64,000 nucleotides of DNA, from IMG/VR virus record IMGVR_UViG_3300037067_015211, positions 96,001 to 160,000 of that record, one strand, 5' to 3'. Below the pieces are notes generated by a model. The model made no database searches, was not told the origin of the DNA, and saw nothing but the letters and a program-made list of their open reading frames with translations. The position numbers and the translations under genes were made by a program. This DNA comes from a virus (Duplodnaviria > Caudoviricetes). Positions within the stretch are counted from its first letter, which is position 1. Each line of letters opens with the position of its first letter. Below are positions 47,514 to 57,313 of this stretch, in pieces.

Positions 47514-48108
47514 CTCTTTTCTCCTTCTGTTAATTTTGTGCAAACAACACTTCTTCTAAAACATTATCAACCAACTCGGCCAACAATTTTTCTTTTTGCA
47601 AAACAATAGAATATGGATAAACATAGGACAATTTTATCGCCAAATCAATCTGTTGTTTTGATGAGGCCGTTTTACAATGAAAAGGATCGCCCTTAACGAT
47701 AGTGCCCGTTAAGAAATCTTCCAATGTCCTTATAGCAAGACCCCAATTTGACGTTCTCTCTTCCTCTTCTTTTTCTTGGCCCAAAATAATTAGAGCCAAT
47801 TTATTTTTTGTTTCTCTACTAACCTCATCGGATAAAAAAATATTTTTAATTAACTTGTTAATCAATTCCGATATTATTTTAAATTTACTTAGTGTGCTCG
47901 GCGGGTAATTTTCACAAAGATATTTTACCAAATCAAAACTTGAGTCGTTCCCAGCAGACAATGTTTTTTCCAACACAGCCAATGTTTTTGTGGCAACTGG
48001 CCCATCTGCGCTTATTTTATCAAACGCAAGCCTATTGAAAAAATTTAACACAACAATCATTCCATCTGAATTATTGTTATCCATCTCTTTTCTCCTTCTG
48101 TTAATTTT
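47510..48108. repeat. 28-bp perfect direct repeat (47510-47537 and 48081-48108) containing RBS and ATG
   Basis: ccatctcttttctccttctgttaatttt at both positions. Confidence 0.95.
47530..48084 (-). CDS. hypothetical protein between the 28-bp repeats
   Basis: Start ATG 48084 after AAGGAG. Confidence 0.65.
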   Translation of the reverse strand: MDNNNSDGMIVVLNFFNRLAFDKISADGPVATKTLAVLEKTLSAGNDSSFDLVKYLCENYPPSTLSKFKIISELINKLIKNIFLSDEVSRETKNKLALIILGQEKEEEERTSNWGLAIRTLEDFLTGTIVKGDPFHCKTASSKQQIDLAIKLSYVYPYSIVLQKEKLLAELVDNVLEEVLFAQN

Positions 48109-48112
48109 ACCC

Positions 48113-48140
48113 ATCATACCACATCTAATTAAACTTGCAA
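48113..48140 (-). promoter_or_regulatory. sigma70-like promoter
   Basis: TTGCAA-16 nt-TATGAT with TGn extension. Confidence 0.55.
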
Positions 48141-48148
48141 CAACTTTC

Positions 48149-49234
48149 CTACTTTTTTACCGTCTTCACAAAATATCTTCTCCTTACAAACGTTCCCATT
48201 CTTCTACTCTCTATATATTTCCCAAGATTATCCGTCTCGGCAGGATCCTTACCATCAGGTATTTCAATCAAATAAATTTTCCTGTTCGCCCCCTTATCCT
48301 TTAACTCTTCCCACAAAGCATATCCACTCGCATCGTTCTTATCTGGAATAACCCACAATTCTGGAAAACTATAGTATTTTTTAATGTTAGCATCAGATAC
48401 ATGTGTGCCAAAATTAGCCACTACATTATCGTATCCAGCCCTCTTTACCGCCCAACAATCAAATACGCCCTCTACCACTATCAAAGGCTTGTCCCTATCC
48501 ACATTATCATAGTTATACAAATAATTTGTTACCGAAAACCCCCTCGGATAAAGCACCTTCTTATCTTTACCAGCATGTTCCTTATGCATCTTCTTTTCAT
48601 ATTCGGCTATCAAAGAATTAAAATACTCTCTTGCCTCCGGCCTCTTGTCGTCAAATATCCTTCGGGCTAAAAACCCAACAACACGATTGTTTGACTCCAC
48701 TGGAATAATTGCTCTGCCAGCATAATACCCAAAATCGCAATAGCCAAGCAGATAAAAATCAACCAACTTCTTTGTAAGCCCCCTAGCAGATAGATATTTC
48801 CAGTATAGGTTGTCATTGTCGTAATCTATAAGTTTGTATCCTTTGGGCAAATCTATTTTTATTTCCTGCTTTGGTTTAGGCTTATTTACTTTCTTGGCTA
48901 CATTAAACGTAACGCCATCCAAGTTTCCATCACATCGGGCAAACAATTCTGCAATGGCATCTCCGTATCTTAGTCCCTTTACATGAGCATAAATTTTAAT
49001 AAAACCCTTGCCAGTCTTTTTGCACGATGAACCCCAGCATTTATATATATGGGTGTCTAGTGAGTAAAAGAAGCTGGGCGTTTTCTCATTATGAAATGGG
49101 CAACAGCACAATAATTGCTCACCGTATGATGTGGTGGCGTTTTTGTATTGTATGCCCAGTTCAGAAAAAACATCTTCCACTTTTAACTGGGAGTGGATGA
49201 TATTCCACTTCTTTAAGAATTCTTCATTTACCAA
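48149..49234 (-). CDS. dnaG: DNA primase (CHC2 zinc finger + TOPRIM)
   Basis: CPFHNEKTPSF..CWG..C; YLSARGL; RAIIPV; VVEGVFD; IPDKND; GKDP. Confidence 0.92.
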   Translation of the reverse strand: MVNEEFLKKWNIIHSQLKVEDVFSELGIQYKNATTSYGEQLLCCCPFHNEKTPSFFYSLDTHIYKCWGSSCKKTGKGFIKIYAHVKGLRYGDAIAELFARCDGNLDGVTFNVAKKVNKPKPKQEIKIDLPKGYKLIDYDNDNLYWKYLSARGLTKKLVDFYLLGYCDFGYYAGRAIIPVESNNRVVGFLARRIFDDKRPEAREYFNSLIAEYEKKMHKEHAGKDKKVLYPRGFSVTNYLYNYDNVDRDKPLIVVEGVFDCWAVKRAGYDNVVANFGTHVSDANIKKYYSFPELWVIPDKNDASGYALWEELKDKGANRKIYLIEIPDGKDPAETDNLGKYIESRRMGTFVRRRYFVKTVKK

Positions 49235-49949
49235 CGTCTGCCAATCTCTTCAAAATAATGTCATAATACTTCTGTTCTTTTTCAATCAAAATAAATTGCC
49301 TATTCAAATTTTTGCATGCCACTCCAGTTGTGCCAGAACCAGCCGCATTGTCCAAAACGACATCACCTTCATTGGTATATGTCTTGATTAAATATTCAAA
49401 CAATGCCACTGGTTTTTGAGTAGGGTGTAAACCACCGGCTTCACATAAAATAAAGTCAATTATCAAACGAGGATAATTTGTAGCCTCTTGAAAGTTTTCT
49501 TTTCCAGAAGTGGAATAATTTTTTCCATTATGCCCCCTTCTTACAGTTTTATTATATGGCAAACAACCCTGTGGAAAATATTTATTACATCCGTTGGAAA
49601 ATATGACTATATCCTCATAATTTTTCATTGGCATTCTTTTGGCGTTTAAATGCCCGGTTGGTTTATTTTTTTTCCATACCCAAGAATATTTAAACATCTT
49701 TAAATTACTCATTACAAGCATGCTCGTAAATGGTTGCGATGCAGTTAATACTATCGCCGCCCCATCTTTTGTAACCCTCTTATATTGTTCCCACAATGGC
49801 TCAAATGGAACAATAATGTCCCATTCGCACTTGGTAATCTGATACGGCAAATCACAAAGAACCATATCAATAGATTTGTCTGGAATGTCCTTCATGACCT
49901 CCAGACAATCTCCCAATATTACTTTTTGTATTTTTTTTCTAAACATCAT
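49224..49949 (-). CDS. DNA amino-methyltransferase, beta class
   Basis: GDCLEVM, CDLPY, HPTQKP, VLDNAAGSGTT. Confidence 0.93.
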   Translation of the reverse strand: MMFRKKIQKVILGDCLEVMKDIPDKSIDMVLCDLPYQITKCEWDIIVPFEPLWEQYKRVTKDGAAIVLTASQPFTSMLVMSNLKMFKYSWVWKKNKPTGHLNAKRMPMKNYEDIVIFSNGCNKYFPQGCLPYNKTVRRGHNGKNYSTSGKENFQEATNYPRLIIDFILCEAGGLHPTQKPVALFEYLIKTYTNEGDVVLDNAAGSGTTGVACKNLNRQFILIEKEQKYYDIILKRLADVGK

Positions 49950-50383
49950 TTGCCACTCGACCCAAACCCCTTCTCGCCACGCACAGTTTCCGAAAGGGCG
50001 GATACTTCCACAACCTTAGTCGCCGGAATGGGAATGATTACCATCTGGGCAATCTTATCACCCTGAGCAATCTGAGGTAGACCACGATTGTTGGACGTTT
50101 GAAGGACAACACCAATCTCGCCCCTATAACCACAGTCCACTACGCCAGCAGTCACGTTAATACCCCATTTGGCCGACAGGGAAGAACGAGGCTTAATCAG
50201 CCCAAAATACCCCTCCGGTATCTCTACGGCAATGCCGGTCTTAATTGTAGCATGATCCAACGGTAAATCGCTAACCCCGCCAAATGACTCTGCCGCGTAC
50301 AAGTCCCATCCAGCATCCCCGTCATTGGCCCTTGTCGGCAATTTTGAATGGGGATACAGCTTTTTTACCTTGATTTCAATCAT
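49946..50383 (-). CDS. dut: trimeric dUTPase
   Basis: AGWDL, PRSS, GVVDCGYRGE, IAQMV, RGEKGFGSSG. Confidence 0.95.
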   Translation of the reverse strand: MIEIKVKKLYPHSKLPTRANDGDAGWDLYAAESFGGVSDLPLDHATIKTGIAVEIPEGYFGLIKPRSSLSAKWGINVTAGVVDCGYRGEIGVVLQTSNNRGLPQIAQGDKIAQMVIIPIPATKVVEVSALSETVRGEKGFGSSGK

Positions 50384-50582
50384 CTTTAATCCTTTCGTTA
50401 TATTTATCTACACATTTTTGATAAAGTTCCGAGAATCCAGCATCAAATAAAATATTTTGAATCTCTTCTCTTGTATAGGCATCACCATTAACATAATTAT
50501 CAATAATTTCTGCTTCTAGTTGATCCCACCTTGCAGTATACCTTATAGCATCTAGTTTAAAATTGGCCGCCCAATCTCTCAT
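50376..50582 (-). CDS. hypothetical protein
   Basis: 68-aa ORF with AGGA RBS. Confidence 0.55.
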   Translation of the reverse strand: MRDWAANFKLDAIRYTARWDQLEAEIIDNYVNGDAYTREEIQNILFDAGFSELYQKCVDKYNERIKDD

Positions 50583-50594
50583 TATTTTTTCCTA

Positions 50595-51050
50595 TTATAA
50601 ATTTTCGTATATTAATTTATAATCATTTTCTGGGCCGCTCTTCAAACCAACACTTCTTAAAATATGTGGCCACTCACTATCTTCATTAATATTAAAAAAA
50701 TTAATACTGTCACTCCATTTCCCGGTAATTTTTTCAATAAAGCATGGCCTACACTTGCTTTGTAAAATATTGTTTTTCATAATAATGTCCGCCTGTGTCA
50801 TAACATCAAATTCCCTTGCATTTTCACAATATGAAGTTGATGTTCCAAAATTAATTTTTATACCAAAAATTTCAAGCTTTTCTACAACATCAGGCGACAA
50901 AAAATCTCTAATATTAAACCAAATATCTTCTGCAATCCACAACTCTTCAACTTTAATATCGTTGCTATCATAAAATTTTATAATGTCTTTTATTGTTTCC
51001 AATATAAGATGTTTTGATAATTTAATTGATTGAAATTCTGATAACTTCAT
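50595..51050 (-). CDS. hypothetical protein
   Basis: 151 aa; ELWIAEDIW..LEIFGIKI weakly like the capsid-fragment family. Confidence 0.6.
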   Translation of the reverse strand: MKLSEFQSIKLSKHLILETIKDIIKFYDSNDIKVEELWIAEDIWFNIRDFLSPDVVEKLEIFGIKINFGTSTSYCENAREFDVMTQADIIMKNNILQSKCRPCFIEKITGKWSDSINFFNINEDSEWPHILRSVGLKSGPENDYKLIYENL

Positions 51051-51811
51051 TTTTGTTTTTCCTCAAATAACCTTCTATTCGCAAGATCGACATATTTCCT
51101 ATTTTTATCGCAACAAATAAATTTGCGCCCCAACTTATGGGCCGCTATGGCAGTTGTTCCTAGTCCACAAAAAGGATCGAATACCAAATCACCTTTGTAG
51201 CTAAACATCTGCATACAACGATAAGGTAATTCTACAGGAAACATAGCAGGATGTCCATACTTTTTCATGTTTGTTTCAGAACTAAATTGCCAAAGGGCCA
51301 TAGCATAACTCTGAAACTCCTTCCCATCTTCCGATAGAGTAATGTTTTCCTTCTCACCTTCCTTGTGCTTTTCCTTATTGTAAAACACAAGAATAAACTC
51401 AAACTGCGTAGGAAAAGACGGACAAGAAGGGCTGTTGTATGACCCCCACGAAAGTCTATTGCCCACCTGATACTTGTCCCATACTATTGTAGTATAGTAA
51501 TTATACCCAACTCTCAATAAATGTTGAGTTAGATGTATGTGAATAGGAATAGAGCCATTCTTGGAATCGGCTATGTTAATACAAATTCTTGCATCATCTT
51601 TAAGCGTAGGCTTAAATATTTCAAAACAACTGCCCAACCATTCGATATAATCGAATAGTTCCATACTGTCCTCGTGGCCATCATAGTCTTGACCGATATT
51701 GTACGGCGGAGAAGTTACAATCAAATCAACAGACTTCTCAGGCATTTTAAATGCAATGTCTTCGCACTGGGAGCAAATTATTTTGTTGGTATAGTCAGGG
51801 TTTTTGAACAT
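51047..51811 (-). CDS. DNA amino-methyltransferase (SPPY, probably N4-cytosine)
   Basis: VTSPPY, HPAMFP, VFDPFCGLGTT. Confidence 0.92.
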   Translation of the reverse strand: MFKNPDYTNKIICSQCEDIAFKMPEKSVDLIVTSPPYNIGQDYDGHEDSMELFDYIEWLGSCFEIFKPTLKDDARICINIADSKNGSIPIHIHLTQHLLRVGYNYYTTIVWDKYQVGNRLSWGSYNSPSCPSFPTQFEFILVFYNKEKHKEGEKENITLSEDGKEFQSYAMALWQFSSETNMKKYGHPAMFPVELPYRCMQMFSYKGDLVFDPFCGLGTTAIAAHKLGRKFICCDKNRKYVDLANRRLFEEKQK

Positions 51812-51814
51812 CTC

Positions 51815-51949
51815 TCACCACGTCACACAATAAGAAATCACGCCAGCCGCAAACCAGTATGTGGCCATGCGAAAATCCTTGTTAGGCAAATAAAATAAAG
51901 ACGCACAAATATTAAGTACAATTATAATGGTTGGAAAAACTTTTTCCAC
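51815..51949 (-). CDS. small two-TM membrane protein (44 aa; not in ORF track)
   Basis: GTG start after GGAG; MEKVFPTIIIVLNICASLFYLPNKDFRMATYWFAAGVISYCVTW fills the gap exactly. Confidence 0.7.
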   Translation of the reverse strand: MEKVFPTIIIVLNICASLFYLPNKDFRMATYWFAAGVISYCVTW

Positions 51950-51951
51950 AA

Positions 51952-52608
51952 CTAAATCTGATCTCCCCAAGAATCCCAACCAGATCGATTATTTCTAGCA
52001 AACAATTCGCAATAGGGGCCGTCAAACAATGCCTCTATCCTATCGTATTGCTCATCCGGCTTTTTGCTGTGTTCACGTATCCGTGAAAGTATAGCAACCG
52101 ATGAACACACATTTCCACTAAAGTATTCCAACTTATCGTTCAAATCAATTGCGCTCTCATCATGACTTATGATTGTCCGTCTTACATTTTTCTTTTTTCT
52201 AACCGGTGGTTTACCACCAACTGGTACACCAAGCAAACAAATTTCTGAATTGGCCCGAGTATAATATCCAAGTCCGATGTGCATGCTGTCTTTGTTTTTG
52301 CAAATCTTACTCCAGTGAAATGCAACCGTCTTGTACTCGAAACCCCATTTTTCCATCAGTTCTATTCCGTCTTTCAAATGCGGATCCGTTACCCAGAGAA
52401 ACAAAACAGCCCTATCTGAAGCCAGCGGCAATACAGGCAAGGACTGTAAATTGTTTGCATCGAGAACATTGTAGTGCTGTTGGGCAGACCTTCCCTTGCC
52501 CTTATTGCTGTACGTGGCAAAATCCCAAGGTGGATCGACCAAGATTACCTGATAATGATTTTTTTTAAGCCTATCAAAATCATTGATCGGATTGTTTTTT
52601 TTGAACAT
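51952..52608 (-). CDS. MT-A70 family adenine methyltransferase
   Basis: VDPPW, LFLWVT, WGFEYKT, GYYTRANSE, HSKKPD, ELFAR, WGDQ. Confidence 0.93.
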   Translation of the reverse strand: MFKKNNPINDFDRLKKNHYQVILVDPPWDFATYSNKGKGRSAQQHYNVLDANNLQSLPVLPLASDRAVLFLWVTDPHLKDGIELMEKWGFEYKTVAFHWSKICKNKDSMHIGLGYYTRANSEICLLGVPVGGKPPVRKKKNVRRTIISHDESAIDLNDKLEYFSGNVCSSVAILSRIREHSKKPDEQYDRIEALFDGPYCELFARNNRSGWDSWGDQI

Positions 52609-52899
52609 TTAGTTTTCCAAAGCCATTACCAAAATGGCCTCAACCTTTTTTTGCAAATTCTCATAACTACTAGAAATATAATACGCCACAGTATAAATAT
52701 CTCTGGCCAAATTAATTTGGCTATTATCTGGCCGTTCGCCGTCTTTCAAGGTTAGTGCATTTTCTAAAACCTTTACAGAACTTTGAAAAATCGGGCTATC
52801 TACCAATGCAGAACAATTACCACGAGACTTAAAAATCTCCAATGCCAAATTCACCTGATACGTGTCCACGGACTTCACAAACTTTGTTTCTTCTGACAT
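52609..52899 (-). CDS. hypothetical protein
   Basis: 96-aa ORF with AAGGA RBS. Confidence 0.65.
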   Translation of the reverse strand: MSEETKFVKSVDTYQVNLALEIFKSRGNCSALVDSPIFQSSVKVLENALTLKDGERPDNSQINLARDIYTVAYYISSSYENLQKKVEAILVMALEN

Positions 52900-52986
52900 T
52901 TTTATTTCCTTTCTAAAAGTTGTTTAATTGATTTTTCCTATGTTTTTTTTCATTTATTTTACCATAAATAATTTGCCAAGTCAAGA

Positions 52987-54360
52987 TTAAAATTCATTTC
53001 CTGCGCCTTGAAAGGTAGATTTTTCTTCTTCCTCTCCCCCGTCGTCCTGTGATACAAACTCTCCTACGCTCAACTTAGGGCCGTTAAACTCATACTTAAA
53101 AATCAAATTTGGTATACCCCGTCTCTGCTTCAAGATACTCATCTCTATCGTATCGTTCAACACAGCGGGGTTAAATATCTTTGGCCTAAACAATCCAATC
53201 ACTAGGTCGGCGACCTCCGCATATTTACCGCTATTCTTCAAATATTCTAGCTGGGGCTTCTTGGCCTTACCCTTAATGTTTCTGGTATCTTTCCTATTCA
53301 ACTGGGCAGTTATGGCAATGTGCGTATCAAACTCCTTTGCCATATCCTGCAATATATCCAAATTCATGGATATATTTTTCTGGTCCAAATCCCTTCTTAC
53401 TTCTTTCAGCTTTTCAAACAAATCCACCACAACAAAATCATAATGATTTTTACTCAATATCGTCCGCAAATCCCCTATTCCAAACCCCGGCCTGTCTACC
53501 AAAAATAATTTGTCGTTCTGTAATAGCTTGGCGACATTCCGATACACTTGTATTTTTCTTTCATGAGAAAGGTTTTTAAAATCCTTAATAACACTCTCGG
53601 CCAACATCTCACACTCAAGACATGCCATACTATCTAGGGCGGTTATCCTGTCCGTCTCTAGCACACAAAACAATATCGACATGTCATTTCTGCGCAACAT
53701 CCTAACAACCATGTTCGTGAGCAGAGTAGTTTTACCACAGCCTGAAAATCCAGCCCATACCGATATCTTCCTTGGTGCAACACCCTCCGTTAAATTCTCG
53801 TCCAATTCATAAAACCCGGTGGAATAAAATTTACGATTTCCCCTCTCCTTCAAATCTTTGTACCAATCCAATAGGGCCGCTTTAGAGTCAATTACACACT
53901 CTACTCCAGATTTTTCCAACAACTTATTAGACATCTTGGAAAGTTTTTCGGAGATAATCCGAATATCTTCCCCGTTGGCCAAAATTTGCTCTACTTCAGT
54001 TACTTCCCGTTCGTACATGTGCGCACGTATCGAATCCTCTTTCAAATCCTTTACATGCTTATCCATGTTCTCGTTATTCGGCACGTAATGAGATTCTATC
54101 TCTCGTAAAAATGCTATCCCTCCGTAATCATTTTCGGAAAAATGCAAATTATTTGCAGTCGTGTAAAAAGTATCTTCATTGTATTCTAAACCCTCTTCGA
54201 CCATTTTCTTGATTACACGAAAAAGGTTTTGATGTTTGGGTTTGAAAAAATCGATAACATCCAGTTCACAGACAAGTCTTTTTCTTAGTTCCTTGTCCAT
54301 GAGCATATTGGCAATTACTATTTGTTCGTTGGTCTGGTCGTAATAAATTTCTTTTTCCAT
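52987..54360 (-). CDS. dnaB: replicative DNA helicase
   Basis: EQIVIANML..DFF..H; AGFSGCGKTT; VVVD; AQLNR; LKNSG..EVAD; KQRRG. Confidence 0.92.
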   Translation of the reverse strand: MEKEIYYDQTNEQIVIANMLMDKELRKRLVCELDVIDFFKPKHQNLFRVIKKMVEEGLEYNEDTFYTTANNLHFSENDYGGIAFLREIESHYVPNNENMDKHVKDLKEDSIRAHMYEREVTEVEQILANGEDIRIISEKLSKMSNKLLEKSGVECVIDSKAALLDWYKDLKERGNRKFYSTGFYELDENLTEGVAPRKISVWAGFSGCGKTTLLTNMVVRMLRRNDMSILFCVLETDRITALDSMACLECEMLAESVIKDFKNLSHERKIQVYRNVAKLLQNDKLFLVDRPGFGIGDLRTILSKNHYDFVVVDLFEKLKEVRRDLDQKNISMNLDILQDMAKEFDTHIAITAQLNRKDTRNIKGKAKKPQLEYLKNSGKYAEVADLVIGLFRPKIFNPAVLNDTIEMSILKQRRGIPNLIFKYEFNGPKLSVGEFVSQDDGGEEEEKSTFQGAGNEF

Positions 54361-54361
54361 A

Positions 54362-54973
54362 TTACTCGCTTGTCATCTTAATGAAGATTGAGTTGGAAAG
54401 AAGCATCTTTTTAGTCTGCTCGGAAAATACAGGATGGTCAAATACTGTCTTAAAAATATTCATGTCGCCATCACCAGCGTCTATAACCGTAACCACATTA
54501 CTATTTTTTCTAAACGTCAAAAGATTTGACATAAGATACACATGATTTTTGTAGTGCAGAGCAAAGTCAATCAATGAATTCATATACACAAATCTAATTG
54601 ACTTCATCGTATCGTAATCTGGGTCTCGGTCAAACTTGGGAAACCATATCGGCGAGTCCACCCATTTTGCAAATGTTTGCACACTATATTCGTCTTCGTC
54701 GTACACATTTGCCGAATTTACGAAAAAGGTATTAAGCAAATAACAAACAATATCGTACTTCCATTGAATGTCGTTAGAGTCCAAGGCAACAAATATATTT
54801 TGCTTTTTCTTGAGCGCATCGATAGCTTCTAACATTGTCTGGGGGATTTCATCGTATCTGTCCAAAAATACTTGTTTATTTATCACAGTTCCGTTTAGGG
54901 GAAAACCTGCGATTTCGTATTGTTGGGACAAATATAATTTGTAGCTTTTTTCTATATCTTCATTCATCGTCAT
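54362..54973 (-). CDS. degenerate DnaC/IstB-like helicase loader
   Basis: Lies between the initiator and dnaB; NIFV..WK.DIVCYLL, LL.FR..N.VTVI resemble DnaC without the P-loop glycines. Confidence 0.4.
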   Translation of the reverse strand: MTMNEDIEKSYKLYLSQQYEIAGFPLNGTVINKQVFLDRYDEIPQTMLEAIDALKKKQNIFVALDSNDIQWKYDIVCYLLNTFFVNSANVYDEDEYSVQTFAKWVDSPIWFPKFDRDPDYDTMKSIRFVYMNSLIDFALHYKNHVYLMSNLLTFRKNSNVVTVIDAGDGDMNIFKTVFDHPVFSEQTKKMLLSNSIFIKMTSE

Positions 54974-55112
54974 CGACTGTCTTATCCCAAGAAATTTTTG
55001 TTTCTATTTTTTCTTCTTCCAATAAGAAAATACAATCTCTTAAAAACATTAAATCCAAAATAGTTTTATTGTCTTTTAAAAATTTCAAAAATTTTTCTTC
55101 AGTCGTCGTCAT
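54960..55112 (-). CDS. small hypothetical protein (50 aa; not in ORF track)
   Basis: MTTTEEKFLKFLKDNKTILDLMFLRDCIFLLEEEKIETKISWDKTVDDDE fills the gap with overlaps at both ends. Confidence 0.6.
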   Translation of the reverse strand: MTTTEEKFLKFLKDNKTILDLMFLRDCIFLLEEEKIETKISWDKTVDDDE

Positions 55113-55377
55113 TCAAGTTATCCCAAGCGGTTTTAATAACGACTTTGTACGGATTTTCTCCGCGATTTACAATTTCGGTTAGTTTTTCTCCATCCCCCAT
55201 AGCCTGATCCAATTCGATTTCATCTACCATTCCATGCCTTACAGCCCATTGTAGGGCACCGTATTTTCTTTGTACATCACCTAGATCGATTCCAAAATCG
55301 ACACATGTTGCAAGACCGGGCATGATATCCAGTGCAATACAATCCAACAAATCTTTTGTATTGGGCCTGATATTCAT
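55099..55377 (-). CDS. hypothetical protein
   Basis: 92-aa ORF. Confidence 0.65.
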   Translation of the reverse strand: MNIRPNTKDLLDCIALDIMPGLATCVDFGIDLGDVQRKYGALQWAVRHGMVDEIELDQAMGDGEKLTEIVNRGENPYKVVIKTAWDNLNDDD

Positions 55378-55394
55378 TTTCCAACATCCTTTAC

Positions 55395-55787
55395 TTAATT
55401 AACCATTCTTGGATTGAAACTATTATTTTTACTTGCCCACTCTTCCAAATCATGCAGAGTTTTCATTGGTTGTGGAAGCGTATAATATTTCCACCCATCA
55501 TCAAATACGGCAAGAGACACACCACCGGAAAAAGATAAAGCAATGGCTGGTTTATCATCAAACGTTCCACACCAATGTGCAGTTCCAAAAAGTTTACAAA
55601 TATTTTTCTTTTTATTTTTCACATCCGGAACCTTTATTTCATCCAATTCTTTTTTCAAACCAAGCAATGATTTTGCCGAAACAGTTATTTTCTCGCACTC
55701 TTCATTTTCGAGATGCAAAATTACACTGTTAACCATTTCGCCACAAAACGGACAACAGTGGTCTTCTGGTCTTGTATATTCATTCAT
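55395..55787 (-). CDS. hypothetical zinc-binding protein
   Basis: CPFCG..HL..C. Confidence 0.6.
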   Translation of the reverse strand: MNEYTRPEDHCCPFCGEMVNSVILHLENEECEKITVSAKSLLGLKKELDEIKVPDVKNKKKNICKLFGTAHWCGTFDDKPAIALSFSGGVSLAVFDDGWKYYTLPQPMKTLHDLEEWASKNNSFNPRMVN

Positions 55788-57157
55788 GCCTTTTCCTTTC
55801 GGATATACTTTTCAATTTCCTCGTCATGCAAATACGTGATCTTCTTTTTCTTCTTACTCGCCTCGGTAGCCTCATCTATTTCTTTTTGCAAATCGAATTG
55901 TTCCTCTTTTTTGTGATTCAAAAATTTGTTTATATTTTCCTCCGAAATTACTTTATCAAATTCCATTCCGTGTTTTTCGCACCAGTCAATATATTCTTTG
56001 GATTTTGTTTTTTTCGTACCAAACTTTTTGAACGCCCCCTTTCCTTTTGAATGAATCCAACACTTTAGTTTGAATGCATCCTCAACTGAAAGATGATTCA
56101 ATTTTACCATAAGATCGTGTTCTTTCCTAAACAATTCCCGATATTTGTAAAAATAATATCCAAGCATTTCCTTGGCGTTCCACTTTTCGGGTTCAGACAA
56201 TTTCCACTCATCCCAAGTGATATTTTCCATGTATTCTTTTTGCCGTTGCTGGGCATCGTATTTTTGCCTTTGTTTTTTATCGTCAGTGGAATAGTTAACC
56301 TCGTATTCCTCGTTGTCGATATTTTTATTCCCATCCCCTACCGATTTCCTGTAATCCCGAAATCTTCCGCCCATATCGGCCTTTCTAAAACCATCTATCA
56401 ACTCGGCGATAATCAGCTTGTTTTTTAGCTTGTCTTTTTTAGGCAGATAACGCTTTAGATGGTATAATCGCTTAAAATCACACGGCACTCCGTCAAACTT
56501 ATATTTTGAAAGTTTGTCTGAATCCGTCTCTTCCAAACAAAATTTGTCGTTTAAAACAGTAATTTTCAAAGATTTTTTAGACGTAATATTTTGAAGTGTA
56601 CCGCGATATGCCGATAAAGCCAGTTGTAAAAAATATCTTTCGTACTTGACGAACACCCCGTACTTACGGGAAAGTACGAAACAAAGGTCTAAAATTAAAA
56701 TCGCCGACAACGCGATAGAATGGCCTTCTAACGTCGTTTTAAGATCGGTATATGAAATCCCCCACAATTTCAAAAAGAATTGCTCTACGGTCAACTGTGG
56801 GTGGTAATTTGCCAATTTCATGGCTTGGTATAATCGCCGTTCGAGATCAATGATTTCGTGGAAATAAATGCTCTTACCCTTGGTTTTATCCCAAAATCCT
56901 AGTTCAATTCCATTGCCAAATCTACGTAACATGTTTATATTAGCCAAATAATCCAGAGTAGTATAAATTGTTTGACGACTAACTGACAAAACATCAGCTA
57001 GGTATTTTATCTTCTTCTCCCTAGAAAATATCCTCCCGGTTAGTCCGTCTGTGGAATAAATCGTGTGGTTAGACAACAAGTGCCCAATGATATCGGCTTC
57101 TGCCTTACCACAACAATTTGACAAGAAGAATGATTTTCGAGAAATATTGTTTTTCAT
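55784..57157 (-). CDS. putative replication initiator (N-terminal winged HTH)
   Basis: IKYLADVLSVSRQTIYTTLDYLANINML HTH; upstream of the loader and dnaB; next to the palindrome cluster. Confidence 0.55.
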   Translation of the reverse strand: MKNNISRKSFFLSNCCGKAEADIIGHLLSNHTIYSTDGLTGRIFSREKKIKYLADVLSVSRQTIYTTLDYLANINMLRRFGNGIELGFWDKTKGKSIYFHEIIDLERRLYQAMKLANYHPQLTVEQFFLKLWGISYTDLKTTLEGHSIALSAILILDLCFVLSRKYGVFVKYERYFLQLALSAYRGTLQNITSKKSLKITVLNDKFCLEETDSDKLSKYKFDGVPCDFKRLYHLKRYLPKKDKLKNKLIIAELIDGFRKADMGGRFRDYRKSVGDGNKNIDNEEYEVNYSTDDKKQRQKYDAQQRQKEYMENITWDEWKLSEPEKWNAKEMLGYYFYKYRELFRKEHDLMVKLNHLSVEDAFKLKCWIHSKGKGAFKKFGTKKTKSKEYIDWCEKHGMEFDKVISEENINKFLNHKKEEQFDLQKEIDEATEASKKKKKITYLHDEEIEKYIRKEKA

Positions 57158-57164
57158 ACAGCCT

Positions 57165-57193
57165 AGTATAAGTCAGTTTAAGAATCGAATCAA
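57165..57193 (-). promoter_or_regulatory. sigma70-like promoter giving a probably leaderless initiator mRNA
   Basis: TTGATT-17 nt-TATACT, 7 nt before ATG 57157, no RBS. Confidence 0.55.
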
Positions 57194-57313
57194 GTGTTTT
57201 CTTATTTTATCTTAGCCCGGGCCGGTTTTATCTTCCGGGGGTTAACTTTTTGTCCCCTTTTCTCGGAAAAAAGACTCTTTAATAGTGTTTGTCTATTCTA
57301 ATATAAACTCAAG

